Source: Limnohabitans sp.
Lineage (GTDB): Bacteria; Pseudomonadota; Gammaproteobacteria; Burkholderiales; Burkholderiaceae_C
Length of the DNA: 56,983 nucleotides
Direction of reading: 5' to 3'
Assembly: GCA_018883455.1 (NCBI GenBank)
Contig: VEQC01000001.1
Span: 1 to 56,983, forward strand
This document shows positions 7,730-17,065 of this stretch, in pieces. The notes under the pieces were generated by a model that ran no database searches, was not told the origin of the DNA, and was given only the letters and a program-made list of their open reading frames with translations. The position numbers and the translations under genes were made by a program. Positions within the stretch are counted from its first letter, which is position 1. Each line of letters begins with the position of its first letter.

Positions 7730-8041
7730 ATGTCCCAACCGCGCTGCCGCCCTGGCGATCTCGCCATCGTCATTGAAGCCCACAACCCCGACAACATTGG
7801 TCGGGTGGTGCAGGTGCTGCGCCTGCACGATGGCACCGGGCCCCTGGCCATGCAAGACGCGGGCGTGGTCTGGGAGATCAGTGCCACAACGCCCATGACT
7901 TGGTCCAAGAATGGGCGCAGCTTCACGCTCTCCGAAGGGCCTTGCCCAGACCGGCAGCTCCAGCCCATTCGGGGCACGGGGCCAGATCACTCTAAGGGGC
8001 GCCAGATTAAGCGCCCAGTGGGTGAGCCCGTCACCGCGTAA
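7730..8041 (+). CDS. Hypothetical protein (103 aa), CRPGDLAIV N-terminus, small beta-barrel-like
   Basis: GAGG RBS; starts 9 nt after the WYL stop, so probably co-transcribed. Confidence 0.7.
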   Translation: MSQPRCRPGDLAIVIEAHNPDNIGRVVQVLRLHDGTGPLAMQDAGVVWEISATTPMTWSKNGRSFTLSEGPCPDRQLQPIRGTGPDHSKGRQIKRPVGEPVTA

Positions 8042-8042
8042 G

Positions 8043-8603
8043 TCACGCCCCCAGCCATCCGTCGAGTAAACGCGCCACGTAGTCGTGGGGCAATTGGTGG
8101 CCCGCATCGGGCACGATGTGGACCGGTATGCCCACGCGCTCGCCAAAGGCCCGCACTTGCTCGGGCTGGCTTTGCCAATCGTGCTCCCCTACATGCACTT
8201 GGACCTCCCGCGGGCAAGGGAAGTGACCGGCGTGGGCCAGGCGCGCGAGGTGTTCGGCGCGAGGGGGCACAAAGTGCATATTGCCTTGGGTGTTGTCAAA
8301 CGCGCCCACGATGGGGGAGAGCAGCAGCACCCGACCGGGGAAGGGCGGGAGTTGCGCTTGCGCGTGCAGAAACAGGTAGGCGCCAAAGGAGTTGGCCAGC
8401 ACGCGCGCTTGGCGGTCCCAAAAATGCGCTTGCAAGTCTTGCACGACGGACTCGACCTGGGTGGCAAATCCGCACGCACGGAACTCCCCCACCAGTTCGC
8501 GCCCGTAGACGGTGAGCCCCCTTGCGCGCAAGGCCTGGCCCAAGCCGTTGGCCAAGGTGCCGCCCATGCCGGTGAGGTAGTAGAGCGCGTCGTCAGAGGG
8601 CAT
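8043..8603 (-). CDS. Small alpha/beta hydrolase
   Basis: Nucleophile elbow ANSFG, VGEHD acid, AGH catalytic His. Confidence 0.75.
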   Translation of the reverse strand: MPSDDALYYLTGMGGTLANGLGQALRARGLTVYGRELVGEFRACGFATQVESVVQDLQAHFWDRQARVLANSFGAYLFLHAQAQLPPFPGRVLLLSPIVGAFDNTQGNMHFVPPRAEHLARLAHAGHFPCPREVQVHVGEHDWQSQPEQVRAFGERVGIPVHIVPDAGHQLPHDYVARLLDGWLGA

Positions 8604-8743
8604 GGGGGTCCTGGGGTTTGAGTTGCCGGAAGTTTAAGCAGAGAATGGGCTCGCCTGCCCACGGACATGGGGGCTCGCCTAGAATTTAACCGAAGGGGGG
8701 TGCACGCCGCACGCCCCCAGTCTCGACTCACCGAAAGACCACC

Positions 8744-9775
8744 ATGATCGCTCACCGACTCACCCAACTCACCCTCACGATTGCCGCTTGCTTGGGCGTG
8801 GCTGCACCGGCCTGGGCGGGCAAGACGCTCGAGCAAATTCGCCAGCGCGACCAAATCGTGTGCGGAGTGAGCACCGGAGTGGCCGGGTTTAGCGCGGCGG
8901 ACAGCCAAGGCAAATGGACGGGCATGGATGTCGATGTTTGCCGCGCCTTGGCCGCCGCAGTGTTGGGCAGTCCCGACAAAGTGCGCTACGTGCCCCTGGC
9001 CGCGCCCCAGCGTTTCACGGCCTTGCAATCGGGCGAGGTGGACTTGCTCTCGCGCAACACCACGGTCACCTTGAGCCGCGACACCACCCTGGGCCTGAGC
9101 ATGACCGCCGTGCTGCTGTATGACGGCCAGGGCTTCATGGTGCCGGCCAAGCTCAACCTCAAGAGCGCGCGTCAGTTGAAGGACGCCACCGTGTGCGTGC
9201 AATCGGGCACCACCACGGAGAAAAACCTGAGTGATTACTCACGCACGCACAAACTCAATTTGAAGCCCGTGGTGTTTGAGAAGATCGACGCGGCCAACGC
9301 GGCTTACTTCGCTGGCCGCTGCAAGGCCTACAGCACAGACGCTTCGGGCCTGGCCTCCATACGCTCGCGCGAGGCCAAGAACCCGAAGGAACACATCATC
9401 CTGCCGGAACTCATTTCGAAGGAGCCGCTGGGCCCGATGGTGAGAAAGGGCGATGACGAATGGCTCGCCATCGTGCGCTGGACGGTCTACGGTTTGATCG
9501 AGGCCGAAGAGCAAGGCGTGCGCAGCGACAACTTGCAAAAGCTCTTGGCCGAGAGCACCGACCCCGTGGTCATGCGCTTGCTGGGCAAGGGCGATGATTT
9601 GGGCAAGGCCTTGGCGCTCGACAAGGAATGGCTCTTGCGCGCGCTGGGCAGCGTGGGCAATTACGGCGAAATGTTTGAGCGTCACCTCGGCGAAAAAACC
9701 CCGGTGGGCTTGAAGCGTGGCGCCAACAACTTGTGGACGCAGGGCGGCTTGCTCTACGCCTTGCCCCTGCGCTAA
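8744..9775 (+). CDS. aapJ: General L-amino acid ABC transporter substrate-binding protein (AapJ/BztA family)
   Basis: CGVSTG, GMDVDVCRALAAA, RFTALQSGEVDLLSRNTT, ISKEPLGP, VGNYGEMFER. Confidence 0.9.
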   Translation: MIAHRLTQLTLTIAACLGVAAPAWAGKTLEQIRQRDQIVCGVSTGVAGFSAADSQGKWTGMDVDVCRALAAAVLGSPDKVRYVPLAAPQRFTALQSGEVDLLSRNTTVTLSRDTTLGLSMTAVLLYDGQGFMVPAKLNLKSARQLKDATVCVQSGTTTEKNLSDYSRTHKLNLKPVVFEKIDAANAAYFAGRCKAYSTDASGLASIRSREAKNPKEHIILPELISKEPLGPMVRKGDDEWLAIVRWTVYGLIEAEEQGVRSDNLQKLLAESTDPVVMRLLGKGDDLGKALALDKEWLLRALGSVGNYGEMFERHLGEKTPVGLKRGANNLWTQGGLLYALPLR

Positions 9776-9787
9776 AGACACGCGCGC

Positions 9788-10702
9788 ATGAAGTCGCGCT
9801 GGCGCGCTTGGTTCTGGCAAGCCCTCTTGCTGGTGGGCGTGCTCGCCATGCTGGCTTGGCTGCTGGGCAACACCCTGGAGAACATGCGCAGCCGCGGCAT
9901 TCAAAGCGGCTGGGATTTTTTAGGCCAGCCTGTGGGCTTTGAGATTGGCGAGACGCTCATTGCCTACTCCCCTGAGGACCCCTTCTGGCGCGCGTTTTGG
10001 GTGGGCCTCTTGAACACCTTGCGCGTGGCGGTGTTGGGCATTGTGGCCACCACGGCGCTGGGCCTGCTCGTGGCCTTGGCGCGTCTGAGCGAGCACCCCA
10101 TCGCGCAGGGCTTTGCGCGGGTGTATGTGGAGGTTTTTCGCAACATTCCCTTGCTCTTGCAATTGCTCATGCTCTACGTGCTCCTGGTGGAGTGGATGCC
10201 CGATGTGGACGCCCCATGGCAATGGGGTGAGGCGCTCTTTTGGAGCAAAGCCGGACTCGTCTGGGGGGTAGAGCCAGAGGCAGTCTTCACGCTCAGCCCC
10301 GAGTTTTTAGCGCTCTGGGGCGGACTCACGCTCTACACCTCGGCTTATGTGGCGGAGGTGTTTCGCGCGGGCCTGCAAGCCGTGCCGCAGGGGCAGTGGC
10401 ATGGGGCCATGAGTTTGGGCCTCACGCGCGGGCAAGCCCTGCGCAGCGTGATCTTGCCCCAGGCCATGCGCGTGGCCGTGCCACCCCTCACCAGCCAATA
10501 CCTCAACCTCACCAAGAACTCCTCGCTGGCGGTGGCCATTGGCTACCCCGATCTGGTGAGCGTGGCCAACACCACCATGAACCAAACCGGCCGCGCGGTG
10601 GAGTGTGTGGCCATTCTCATGCTGGTTTATTTGAGCCTCTCGCTGATCACGGCGTGGGCGATGAACCGCTACAACCAACGCGTGATGGCCCATGTCCACT
10701 GA
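9788..10702 (+). CDS. aapQ: Amino acid ABC permease (AapQ/BztB family)
   Basis: VGLLNTL, YVEVFRNIPLLLQL, PPLTSQYLNLTKNSSLA. Confidence 0.85.
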   Translation: MKSRWRAWFWQALLLVGVLAMLAWLLGNTLENMRSRGIQSGWDFLGQPVGFEIGETLIAYSPEDPFWRAFWVGLLNTLRVAVLGIVATTALGLLVALARLSEHPIAQGFARVYVEVFRNIPLLLQLLMLYVLLVEWMPDVDAPWQWGEALFWSKAGLVWGVEPEAVFTLSPEFLALWGGLTLYTSAYVAEVFRAGLQAVPQGQWHGAMSLGLTRGQALRSVILPQAMRVAVPPLTSQYLNLTKNSSLAVAIGYPDLVSVANTTMNQTGRAVECVAILMLVYLSLSLITAWAMNRYNQRVMAHVH

Positions 10703-11798
10703 AGCCTCTCCCATGGCTCCCACCGCGCCCTCGGCTTGGGCGGGGGTGTGGCACGCGTGTTGGGCCGATCGACGCCGCGCCGCGCTCACGCTGCTCCTCT
10801 TCGCGGCGCTCATGCCCCTTGTCGTGTGGGCGCTGCAATGGGGGCTGTGGCAGGCGGTGTGGGTGCCGGACGCTGAGGCTTGCCAAGCCGCGCGTGGGGT
10901 GGGGGCCTGTTGGGGCGTGGTGGTGGAGAAGCATCGCTTGATTCTGTTTGGGCGCTACCCGTATGAGGCGCATTGGCGGCCTTTGGTGGCGAGCCTCCTC
11001 TTGCTCGCCCTCTTGGTCTACAGCGCCAATCCGCAGGTGTGGCGGCGAAGCCTTCTGGCCGTGTGGGCGGTGGGCTTATTCGGGGTTTTTGCACTCTTGG
11101 GGGGGCGCGTGGGCCCTTGGTCATTGCAGGCCATGGGGCTCACGCCCGTGGCCGCAGAGCTCTGGGGGGGCTTACCCCTGACTTTGTTGCTCACGGTGTT
11201 GAGTTTGTGGCTGGCGTTCCCCCTTGCAGTGGGGCTGGCCTTGGGGCGGCGCAGCCCATGGCCCGTGGTGCGCGGGGTGTGTGTGGCGTGGATCGAGTTG
11301 CTGCGGGGCGTGCCCCTGGTGAGCGTGCTCTTCATGGCAAGTTTCATGCTGCCTTTGCTGCTGCCCGCCGGGGCTGCGCCGGATGTGCTCTTGCGCGTGA
11401 TGGTGGCCTTGGTGATGTTTGTGGCCGCCTACTTGGCCGAGGTGGTGCGGGGGGGCTTGCAAGGCGTGCCGCAAGGCCAGCATGACGCCGCACGGGCGCT
11501 GGGCATGGGCCCCTGGCAAGCCCACCGCGAAGTGCTCTTGCCCCAGGCCTTGCGCCACAGCTTGCCCAGTCTGGTCAACCACGCCATTGGCCTCTTCAAG
11601 GACACCTCACTCGTGACCATCGTGAGCCTGTACGAGCTCTCTGGGGCCATGGGCTTGGCCCTGGGCGGCGACGCGCAATGGCGACCGTTCAAGCTGGAGG
11701 CCTATTTATTCATTGCGGCGATTTATTTCATCGGGTGCTGGGCGCTCTCGCGCTACAGCGATTGGCTCGCCGCGCAGTTGCACGCAGCGCGAACCTAA
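10692..11798 (+). CDS. aapM: Amino acid ABC permease (AapM/BztC family)
   Basis: GACWG, WGGLPLTL, IELLRGVPL, IGLFKDTSLV. Confidence 0.85.
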   Translation: MSTEASPMAPTAPSAWAGVWHACWADRRRAALTLLLFAALMPLVVWALQWGLWQAVWVPDAEACQAARGVGACWGVVVEKHRLILFGRYPYEAHWRPLVASLLLLALLVYSANPQVWRRSLLAVWAVGLFGVFALLGGRVGPWSLQAMGLTPVAAELWGGLPLTLLLTVLSLWLAFPLAVGLALGRRSPWPVVRGVCVAWIELLRGVPLVSVLFMASFMLPLLLPAGAAPDVLLRVMVALVMFVAAYLAEVVRGGLQGVPQGQHDAARALGMGPWQAHREVLLPQALRHSLPSLVNHAIGLFKDTSLVTIVSLYELSGAMGLALGGDAQWRPFKLEAYLFIAAIYFIGCWALSRYSDWLAAQLHAART

Positions 11799-11815
11799 AG
11801 CGCAGGGAGGCGAAC

Positions 11816-12235
11816 ATGGCGATCGAATACCGAGTGAATGCCCCGTTGAGTGTGGACGCGTTTCGGGACGTGTTGGTGCGCTCGACCTTGGGCGAGCGCC
11901 GCCCCATTGACGACCGCGAGTGCCTCGCGGGCATGCTCGCCCATGCCAACCTCACGCTGACCGCCTGGGACGGCGATCAACTCGTGGGCATCGCGCGCAA
12001 CCTCACGGATTTTGTGCTCACCGCTTATGTGTGCGACCTGGCCGTGTGCGCCTCACGCCAACACCAAGGCATCGGCCGCGAACTACTCGCCCAAACCCGC
12101 GCCCAACTCGGCCCCCGCGCCAAACTCATCTTGCTAGCCGCCCCCGCCGCCGCGCACTATTACAGCCACATTGGCTTTACCCAAAGCGAGCGCTGTTGGG
12201 TGCTGGAGGCGGGGCAGCCCCTCTTGGGCCGCTGA
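11816..12235 (+). CDS. GNAT family N-acetyltransferase
   Basis: Start moved to ATG 11816 behind GGAGG; acetyl-CoA motif QHQGIG and YYSHIGF. Confidence 0.85.
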   Translation: MAIEYRVNAPLSVDAFRDVLVRSTLGERRPIDDRECLAGMLAHANLTLTAWDGDQLVGIARNLTDFVLTAYVCDLAVCASRQHQGIGRELLAQTRAQLGPRAKLILLAAPAAAHYYSHIGFTQSERCWVLEAGQPLLGR

Positions 12236-12282
12236 TGGCGCACCAAGCCGCCCTGATGGCATGAGCAGGACGCTTGCCGCCC

Positions 12283-13653
12283 TCACTCCCACAACCCGCG
12301 CATCACCTCGATCCAGGATTCGCGGAGGTCTTCGCTGGGGTGGGGGTCAACGGCTTGGCCGGCCACCCAGACTTGGGCGGCGGGCAGTGCGGGTTGGCCC
12401 ATGACCCAGGCGTCTAGCCAGTGGTTGGGCGGGACGCCCAGGAGTGGGGTGTTGTGGGTGTCGAGGGCCACGGCGTCGGCGCGTTGGCCGATTTCAAAGC
12501 CTGCGAGGGCTTGGCCGCTCGCAGCGCTGCCCCCGCGCAGCGCGCCTTCGAAGAGCACCGCCGCGGTGCTGTGGGCTTGGGCGTGACGCGCGGCGAGGTT
12601 GCGCTGGCGCAGGTGCAGGCGCTGGCCGTATTCGAGCCACTGCAGTTCCAGCGCGGGGTGACGGTTGACATGGCTGTCGGTGCCGATCGACCAATTCACG
12701 CCATGGCTGAGCGCGGTGGGTAAATCAAAGAGGCCATCGCCCAGGTTGGCTTCGGTGCTCGGGCACAGCACCACGGCCGCGCCGGCTTGGGCGATGCCCG
12801 CGAGCTCTTCGGCTTGGGTGTGGGTAGCGTGCACCAGGTTCCAGCGCGCATCCAGGCCGATCTGATCGAGCAGCCACTGCACGGGGCGTTGGCCCAGGTG
12901 TTGCAGGCAATCGTCCACCTCGCGCGTTTGCTCGGCCACATGAATGTGCAAAGGCGCTTCCCCCAGGCCTTGCGCCACGGCGCGCAGGGACTGCGCGTCC
13001 ACCGCCCGCAGCGAGTGCAGGGCGAGCCCGGCGTTGAGCAAATGCGCGCGGCCCTCGCTTTGGGCCAGGGCTTGCAGGCGCGCTTGCGTGCGCAGCAGGC
13101 CTTCGGCCGTGTGGGCAAAGCGGCGCTGCGCTTCGCTCAAGCCCGGCTGACCAAAGCCGCGGTGCAGGTAGAGCGTGGGCAGCAGCGTGAGGCCAATGCC
13201 CGCACGCGCGGCCGCGCGTGCCAGGACGAGGCTGAGCAAGTCGCCATCGGGGTATTCGCTCCCGTCAGGCGCGCGGTGCAGGTAATGGAACTCACACACC
13301 TGGGTGAACCCCGCTTGGAGCATTTCGCGGTAGAGCCACTCGGCGGCAATCTCGAGCGCCTGCGGGCCGATGCGCAGGGCCACTTGGTACATGCGCTCAC
13401 GCCAGCCCCAGAAATCGTCGCCAGGGCGGTTGGGGTCTTGGCGCTCGGCAAGCGTGGCCATGGTGCGTTGAAACGCATGGCTGTGCGCGTTGACCAGGCC
13501 TGGCACCACACACTCCCACTGCGGGGTGTCGTCTTCGGGGGCTTCGGTGTCGAATTCAATGCGCGCCCAGCGGCCCTGTGCGTCGGCTTCGAGCAGCACC
13601 CCTGGGGCCCAGCCGCCCCCCACCCAAGCTTGGGCGCACCACAGGCGCGTCAT
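12283..13653 (-). CDS. hutF: Formimidoylglutamate deiminase
   Basis: NAHSHAFQR, DFWGWRERMY, VCEFHYLH, HSLRAV, HIHVAEQ, TEANLGDG; hut context. Confidence 0.95.
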   Translation of the reverse strand: MTRLWCAQAWVGGGWAPGVLLEADAQGRWARIEFDTEAPEDDTPQWECVVPGLVNAHSHAFQRTMATLAERQDPNRPGDDFWGWRERMYQVALRIGPQALEIAAEWLYREMLQAGFTQVCEFHYLHRAPDGSEYPDGDLLSLVLARAAARAGIGLTLLPTLYLHRGFGQPGLSEAQRRFAHTAEGLLRTQARLQALAQSEGRAHLLNAGLALHSLRAVDAQSLRAVAQGLGEAPLHIHVAEQTREVDDCLQHLGQRPVQWLLDQIGLDARWNLVHATHTQAEELAGIAQAGAAVVLCPSTEANLGDGLFDLPTALSHGVNWSIGTDSHVNRHPALELQWLEYGQRLHLRQRNLAARHAQAHSTAAVLFEGALRGGSAASGQALAGFEIGQRADAVALDTHNTPLLGVPPNHWLDAWVMGQPALPAAQVWVAGQAVDPHPSEDLRESWIEVMRGLWE

Positions 13654-14450
13654 GGCAGTTGCTCCAAGGCCGTCAAGCCCGCGCTCACCATCGCTTGGAG
13701 CACCGGCACGATGGTCTGGGCGGTCTCGGGCAAATAGTCATACGGTGGAGCCTCGCGCATGTAGAGCGATTGGCACATCTCCAATTGCACCGCGTGCACC
13801 CCTTGGCTGGGCTGACCGTAATGGCGCGTGATGTAGCCGCCTTTGAAGCGGCCATTGAGCACGTGGCTAAAGTGCGGGTGCGCTTGGCACGCGCCCATGA
13901 CGGCTTGGGCAATGCGCGCGTCGGCGGCCTGGCCGTTGGCCGTGCCCACGTTCAAGTCGGGCAAGCGGCCTTCAAAGAGCCAGGGGATTTCGCTGCGAAT
14001 GCTGTGCGCGTCCCACAGCAGCACGCGGCCATGCGCCGAGCGCAAGCGCGCGAGCTCGCCCGCGAGGGCGTCGTGGTAGGGGCGCCAGTACTGCGCGAGG
14101 CGTTGTTGTTTGGCCGAGGCGTCCGGCGCGCGGCCAGGTTGGTAGAGATCGTCGCCCGTGAAAAATCGCGTTGGGCACAGCTCGGTGTTGGAGGCACCAG
14201 GGTACATGGGGGCGTCGTCGGGCGGGCGGTTGAGGTCGATCACGTAGCGCGCGTAGTGCGGCACGATCACACTCGCGCCCAGACGCTCGGCGAAGGCGTA
14301 GAGCAGCGGCATGTGCCAATCGGTGTCTTCCGTGGCGAGGGCGCGGGGCACGTAGTCCGGGACGAGCTCGGGGGGGAGGGCGCTGCCGCAATGCGGCATG
14401 CTCACGAGCAGTGGGCGTGTGCCGCGGGTGAGGGTGAAGACGGGGGACAT
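13650..14450 (-). CDS. hutG: N-formylglutamate deformylase
   Basis: PLLVSMPH, DTDWH, RYVIDLNRP, WDAHSIRS, NGRFKGGYITRHYG; start set at MSPVF (14450). Confidence 0.93.
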   Translation of the reverse strand: MSPVFTLTRGTRPLLVSMPHCGSALPPELVPDYVPRALATEDTDWHMPLLYAFAERLGASVIVPHYARYVIDLNRPPDDAPMYPGASNTELCPTRFFTGDDLYQPGRAPDASAKQQRLAQYWRPYHDALAGELARLRSAHGRVLLWDAHSIRSEIPWLFEGRLPDLNVGTANGQAADARIAQAVMGACQAHPHFSHVLNGRFKGGYITRHYGQPSQGVHAVQLEMCQSLYMREAPPYDYLPETAQTIVPVLQAMVSAGLTALEQLP

Positions 14451-14451
14451 C

Positions 14452-15681
14452 TCAAAGGCTCCGGGTGGGGTTGTCGCGCCAAGCGCCGCCGTAGAGGGTG
14501 CGCAGACAGGGGCGTTGGCCAAAGGCATAGCAGAGGTCGCTCGGGTGGTCGATCGCCCAAAGCGCCAAGTCGGCGCGCGCGCCCGCTTGCAGCACGCCGC
14601 GGTCGCGGTGCCCCAAGGCCTGCGCCGCGTGGCGGGTGACGCCTGCGAGGGCTTCCTCCGGTGTCAAGCGAAAGAGCGTGCAGCCCATGCTCAGCATGAG
14701 CAAGAGCGAGGTGCAGGGCGAGCTGCCCGGGTTGCAGTCGGTCGAGAGCGCCATGGGCACGCCGTGCGCGCGCAGCCATTCGATGGGCGGCACGCGCGTC
14801 TCGCGAATGAAATAAAACGCGCCGGGCAAGAGCACGGCCACCGTGCCGGCCTTGGCCATGGCGCGTGCGCCGTCCTCGCTCAACCACTCCAAGTGGTCGC
14901 AGCTCAAGGCCTGGTAGCGCGCGGCCAAGGCCGCGCCGCCGCTGTCGCTGAGTTGTTCGGCATGCAGTTTGACGGGCAGGCCCAAGGCTTGCGCGGCGGC
15001 AAACACGCGCTCGGTTTGCGCGAGGCTAAAGCCAATACGCTCGCAAAACACATCCACGGCGTCGACCAAGCCCTCGGCGTGCAGCTCGGGCAGCATGGCG
15101 ACCACGGCGTCAATGTAGGCGTCGGCTTGGCCGGCGAACTCAGGGGGCAGGGCGTGTGCGCCCAAGAACGTGGTGTTGACGGTCACGGCGCGCGCCTGGC
15201 TCAGGGCCCGTGCCACGCGCAGGCATTTGGCTTCAGTGGCGAGGTCGAGCCCATAGCCAGATTTGATTTCCACGGTGGTGACGCCTTCGGCGAGCAAGGC
15301 ATCGAGCCGGTTCAAGGCTGCCGCTTGCAGGGAGGCGGGGCTCGCCGCGCGGGTGGCTTTGACGGTGGAGACAATGCCCCCACCGGCGCGCGCGATGTCC
15401 TCGTAGCTCGCGCCGTGCAAGCGCAAGCGAAACTCTTCGGCGCGGCTGCCGCCCCAGACCAAGTGGGTGTGGCAATCGATCAGGCCCGGGGTGACCCAGG
15501 CCCCAGCCGCTTCCACGCGCGGGGCTTGGGCCCACTCGGCGGGCAATTCGGCGCGGGGGCCCACCCAGCGCAAGGTCTCGCCAGCCCAGACCACGGCGGC
15601 GTCGCGCACGAGCCCCAGGGGGTTGTCGGGTTGGGGGACCAGGGTGGCGACCTGGCAATCGACCAAAACTTGTGCGTTCAT
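14452..15681 (-). CDS. hutI: Imidazolonepropionase
   Basis: [43 protein letters not shown]; start set at MNAQV (15681). Confidence 0.95.
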   Translation of the reverse strand: MNAQVLVDCQVATLVPQPDNPLGLVRDAAVVWAGETLRWVGPRAELPAEWAQAPRVEAAGAWVTPGLIDCHTHLVWGGSRAEEFRLRLHGASYEDIARAGGGIVSTVKATRAASPASLQAAALNRLDALLAEGVTTVEIKSGYGLDLATEAKCLRVARALSQARAVTVNTTFLGAHALPPEFAGQADAYIDAVVAMLPELHAEGLVDAVDVFCERIGFSLAQTERVFAAAQALGLPVKLHAEQLSDSGGAALAARYQALSCDHLEWLSEDGARAMAKAGTVAVLLPGAFYFIRETRVPPIEWLRAHGVPMALSTDCNPGSSPCTSLLLMLSMGCTLFRLTPEEALAGVTRHAAQALGHRDRGVLQAGARADLALWAIDHPSDLCYAFGQRPCLRTLYGGAWRDNPTRSL

Positions 15682-16244
15682 GGCGTTGACGCCTCCTGCA
15701 AGACAAAGAGCAAGGCCTCGCCCGCCTGCCAGTGCCAGGGGGTGAGGGCCGTGGTGTGTGTCCAAGCGAATTCGCGCGGCGCCAAGGCCTGCGCTTGGCC
15801 ATCGGCTTGCCACGCCACCGCCGTGCAAGCGAACACGCCCACATGGGCGTGCGCGGGCCAAGGGGCTTGGGCGCCGGTTTGCGTCTGGCGGTGCAGGCCT
15901 CCACGCAGGCCGCGCGCCATGAGGTTGAAGTCGAGTGTGGGGCCTGCGAGCAGTTGGGCTTCGCAGGCGGGCTCGCCCGCGAAGGCGAGCGGGGGCTCGT
16001 GGGCGTGCAACACTTGGCGCCGCTCGGGCCACTGCAGCGCCACGCCGCCGCCCTCGAGCACCGCGAACCAGCGCTCGACGCCGGGGAAGGCGGAGAAGGG
16101 GCCGTCTTGGTCGATGCGCGCGACCGAGACACGCCAGCGCCACTCGTCGGTCGTGGGCCAAGTGGCCAGCTCGTGCGTGAGCCCCCCGCCGTTGCGCCAG
16201 GGCTGGGCGGGGCATTCGGCCAAGGCGCGGCGTTGCCAGTTCAT
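15678..16244 (-). CDS. hutD: HutD family protein
   Basis: [32 protein letters not shown]; start set at MNWQR (16244). Confidence 0.9.
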   Translation of the reverse strand: MNWQRRALAECPAQPWRNGGGLTHELATWPTTDEWRWRVSVARIDQDGPFSAFPGVERWFAVLEGGGVALQWPERRQVLHAHEPPLAFAGEPACEAQLLAGPTLDFNLMARGLRGGLHRQTQTGAQAPWPAHAHVGVFACTAVAWQADGQAQALAPREFAWTHTTALTPWHWQAGEALLFVLQEASTP

Positions 16245-16975
16245 GGGTTGAATTCTCCCGCCAGTGAGTAGCGCGAACCGGGATAGACCAGGCGGGCGAG
16301 GGTGATCACGGCGTCTCGCGTGTGGGTGCGCCGCACCATGATGAGGCAGGGCGCGTCGGGCTCGATTTGCAAGAGGCGGGCCTCTTGGCGTGTGGGCATG
16401 GCCGCTTCGAGCTGGTATTGCGCGCGCCAAAGCGCCGTGTGGCGAAAGAGGTGTTGGGTGGGGGTGACTTGGCTGAAGTCTTCTTCGAGGTAGTGGGGCG
16501 CGCAGGCGGGGTTGACGTAGCGGTCCTCGCACTGCAGCGGCACGCCGTTCTCGTGGTGCACGATGAGGGTGTGAAACACCTCGCTGCCCACGGGCACCCC
16601 TAATTGCTCGGCCACGCCTTGCGCGGCCGGTTCGGCGCGGCGCAAGTGCACCTCGGCGCGGTGAATGTGGCCGCGCGCGACGATCTCTTCATGCACGTCT
16701 TGAATGCGCAGGGTGCTGGAGACGCGGTGCAGCGCGGCGGCAAACGTGCCCACGCCTTGCGTGCGCGTGACCAAGCCCTCGGCCTGCAATTCGCGAATGG
16801 CGCGGTTGACCGTCATGCGGCTCACGCCAAACTGGTGCATGAGTTCACTCTCGGAGGGCATGAGCGCACCGGGCAGCCACTGACCCTCGGCCAGGCCTTG
16901 GCGTAAATAGTGCTTTACCCGCACAAAAGGCGGGGCGCTTGCATCCGGTGGGTGTCGGGCATTAGTGGAAACCAT
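16241..16975 (-). CDS. hutC: Histidine utilization repressor (GntR/UTRA)
   Basis: PSESEL...[13 protein letters not shown]...RTQGVGTF; EDRYVNP; YPGSRY. Confidence 0.93.
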   Translation of the reverse strand: MVSTNARHPPDASAPPFVRVKHYLRQGLAEGQWLPGALMPSESELMHQFGVSRMTVNRAIRELQAEGLVTRTQGVGTFAAALHRVSSTLRIQDVHEEIVARGHIHRAEVHLRRAEPAAQGVAEQLGVPVGSEVFHTLIVHHENGVPLQCEDRYVNPACAPHYLEEDFSQVTPTQHLFRHTALWRAQYQLEAAMPTRQEARLLQIEPDAPCLIMVRRTHTRDAVITLARLVYPGSRYSLAGEFNP

Positions 16976-16984
16976 AGGGAAAGT

Positions 16985-17014
16985 CTACTTGTACAAACTT
17001 GACTAGACAAGTAG
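16985..17014. promoter_or_regulatory. HutC operator region between the divergent hutC and hutU
   Basis: Inverted arms CTACTTGT...ACAAGTAG; contains CTTGACTAGACAAG (16998-17011), close to the known HutC box CTTGTATAGACAAG. Confidence 0.7.
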
Positions 17015-17065
17015 AGTCAAACCCGAAGCCGCTTGTGTTATGCGGCCCCGGATTTGGAGAGACAC

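Noticed and set aside
1-8603. Prophage, integron or IS origin for the accessory block
   Set aside because: No integrase, transposase, attC-like array, terminal repeats or tRNA visible in the window; mobility cannot be supported.
8631-8680. GGGCTCGCCT direct repeat / CGAGCC half-site upstream of the 8603 hydrolase as a fifth WYL site
   Set aside because: Only a mismatched half-site, and the spacing to TAAACT is 11 nt rather than 10; too weak to call.
17014-17025. 12-bp match (GAGTCAAACCCG) to the reverse complement of 6677-6688 in the WYL promoter
   Set aside because: Lacks the GGCTCA arm; best explained as a shared TTGACT -35-like hexamer or chance.
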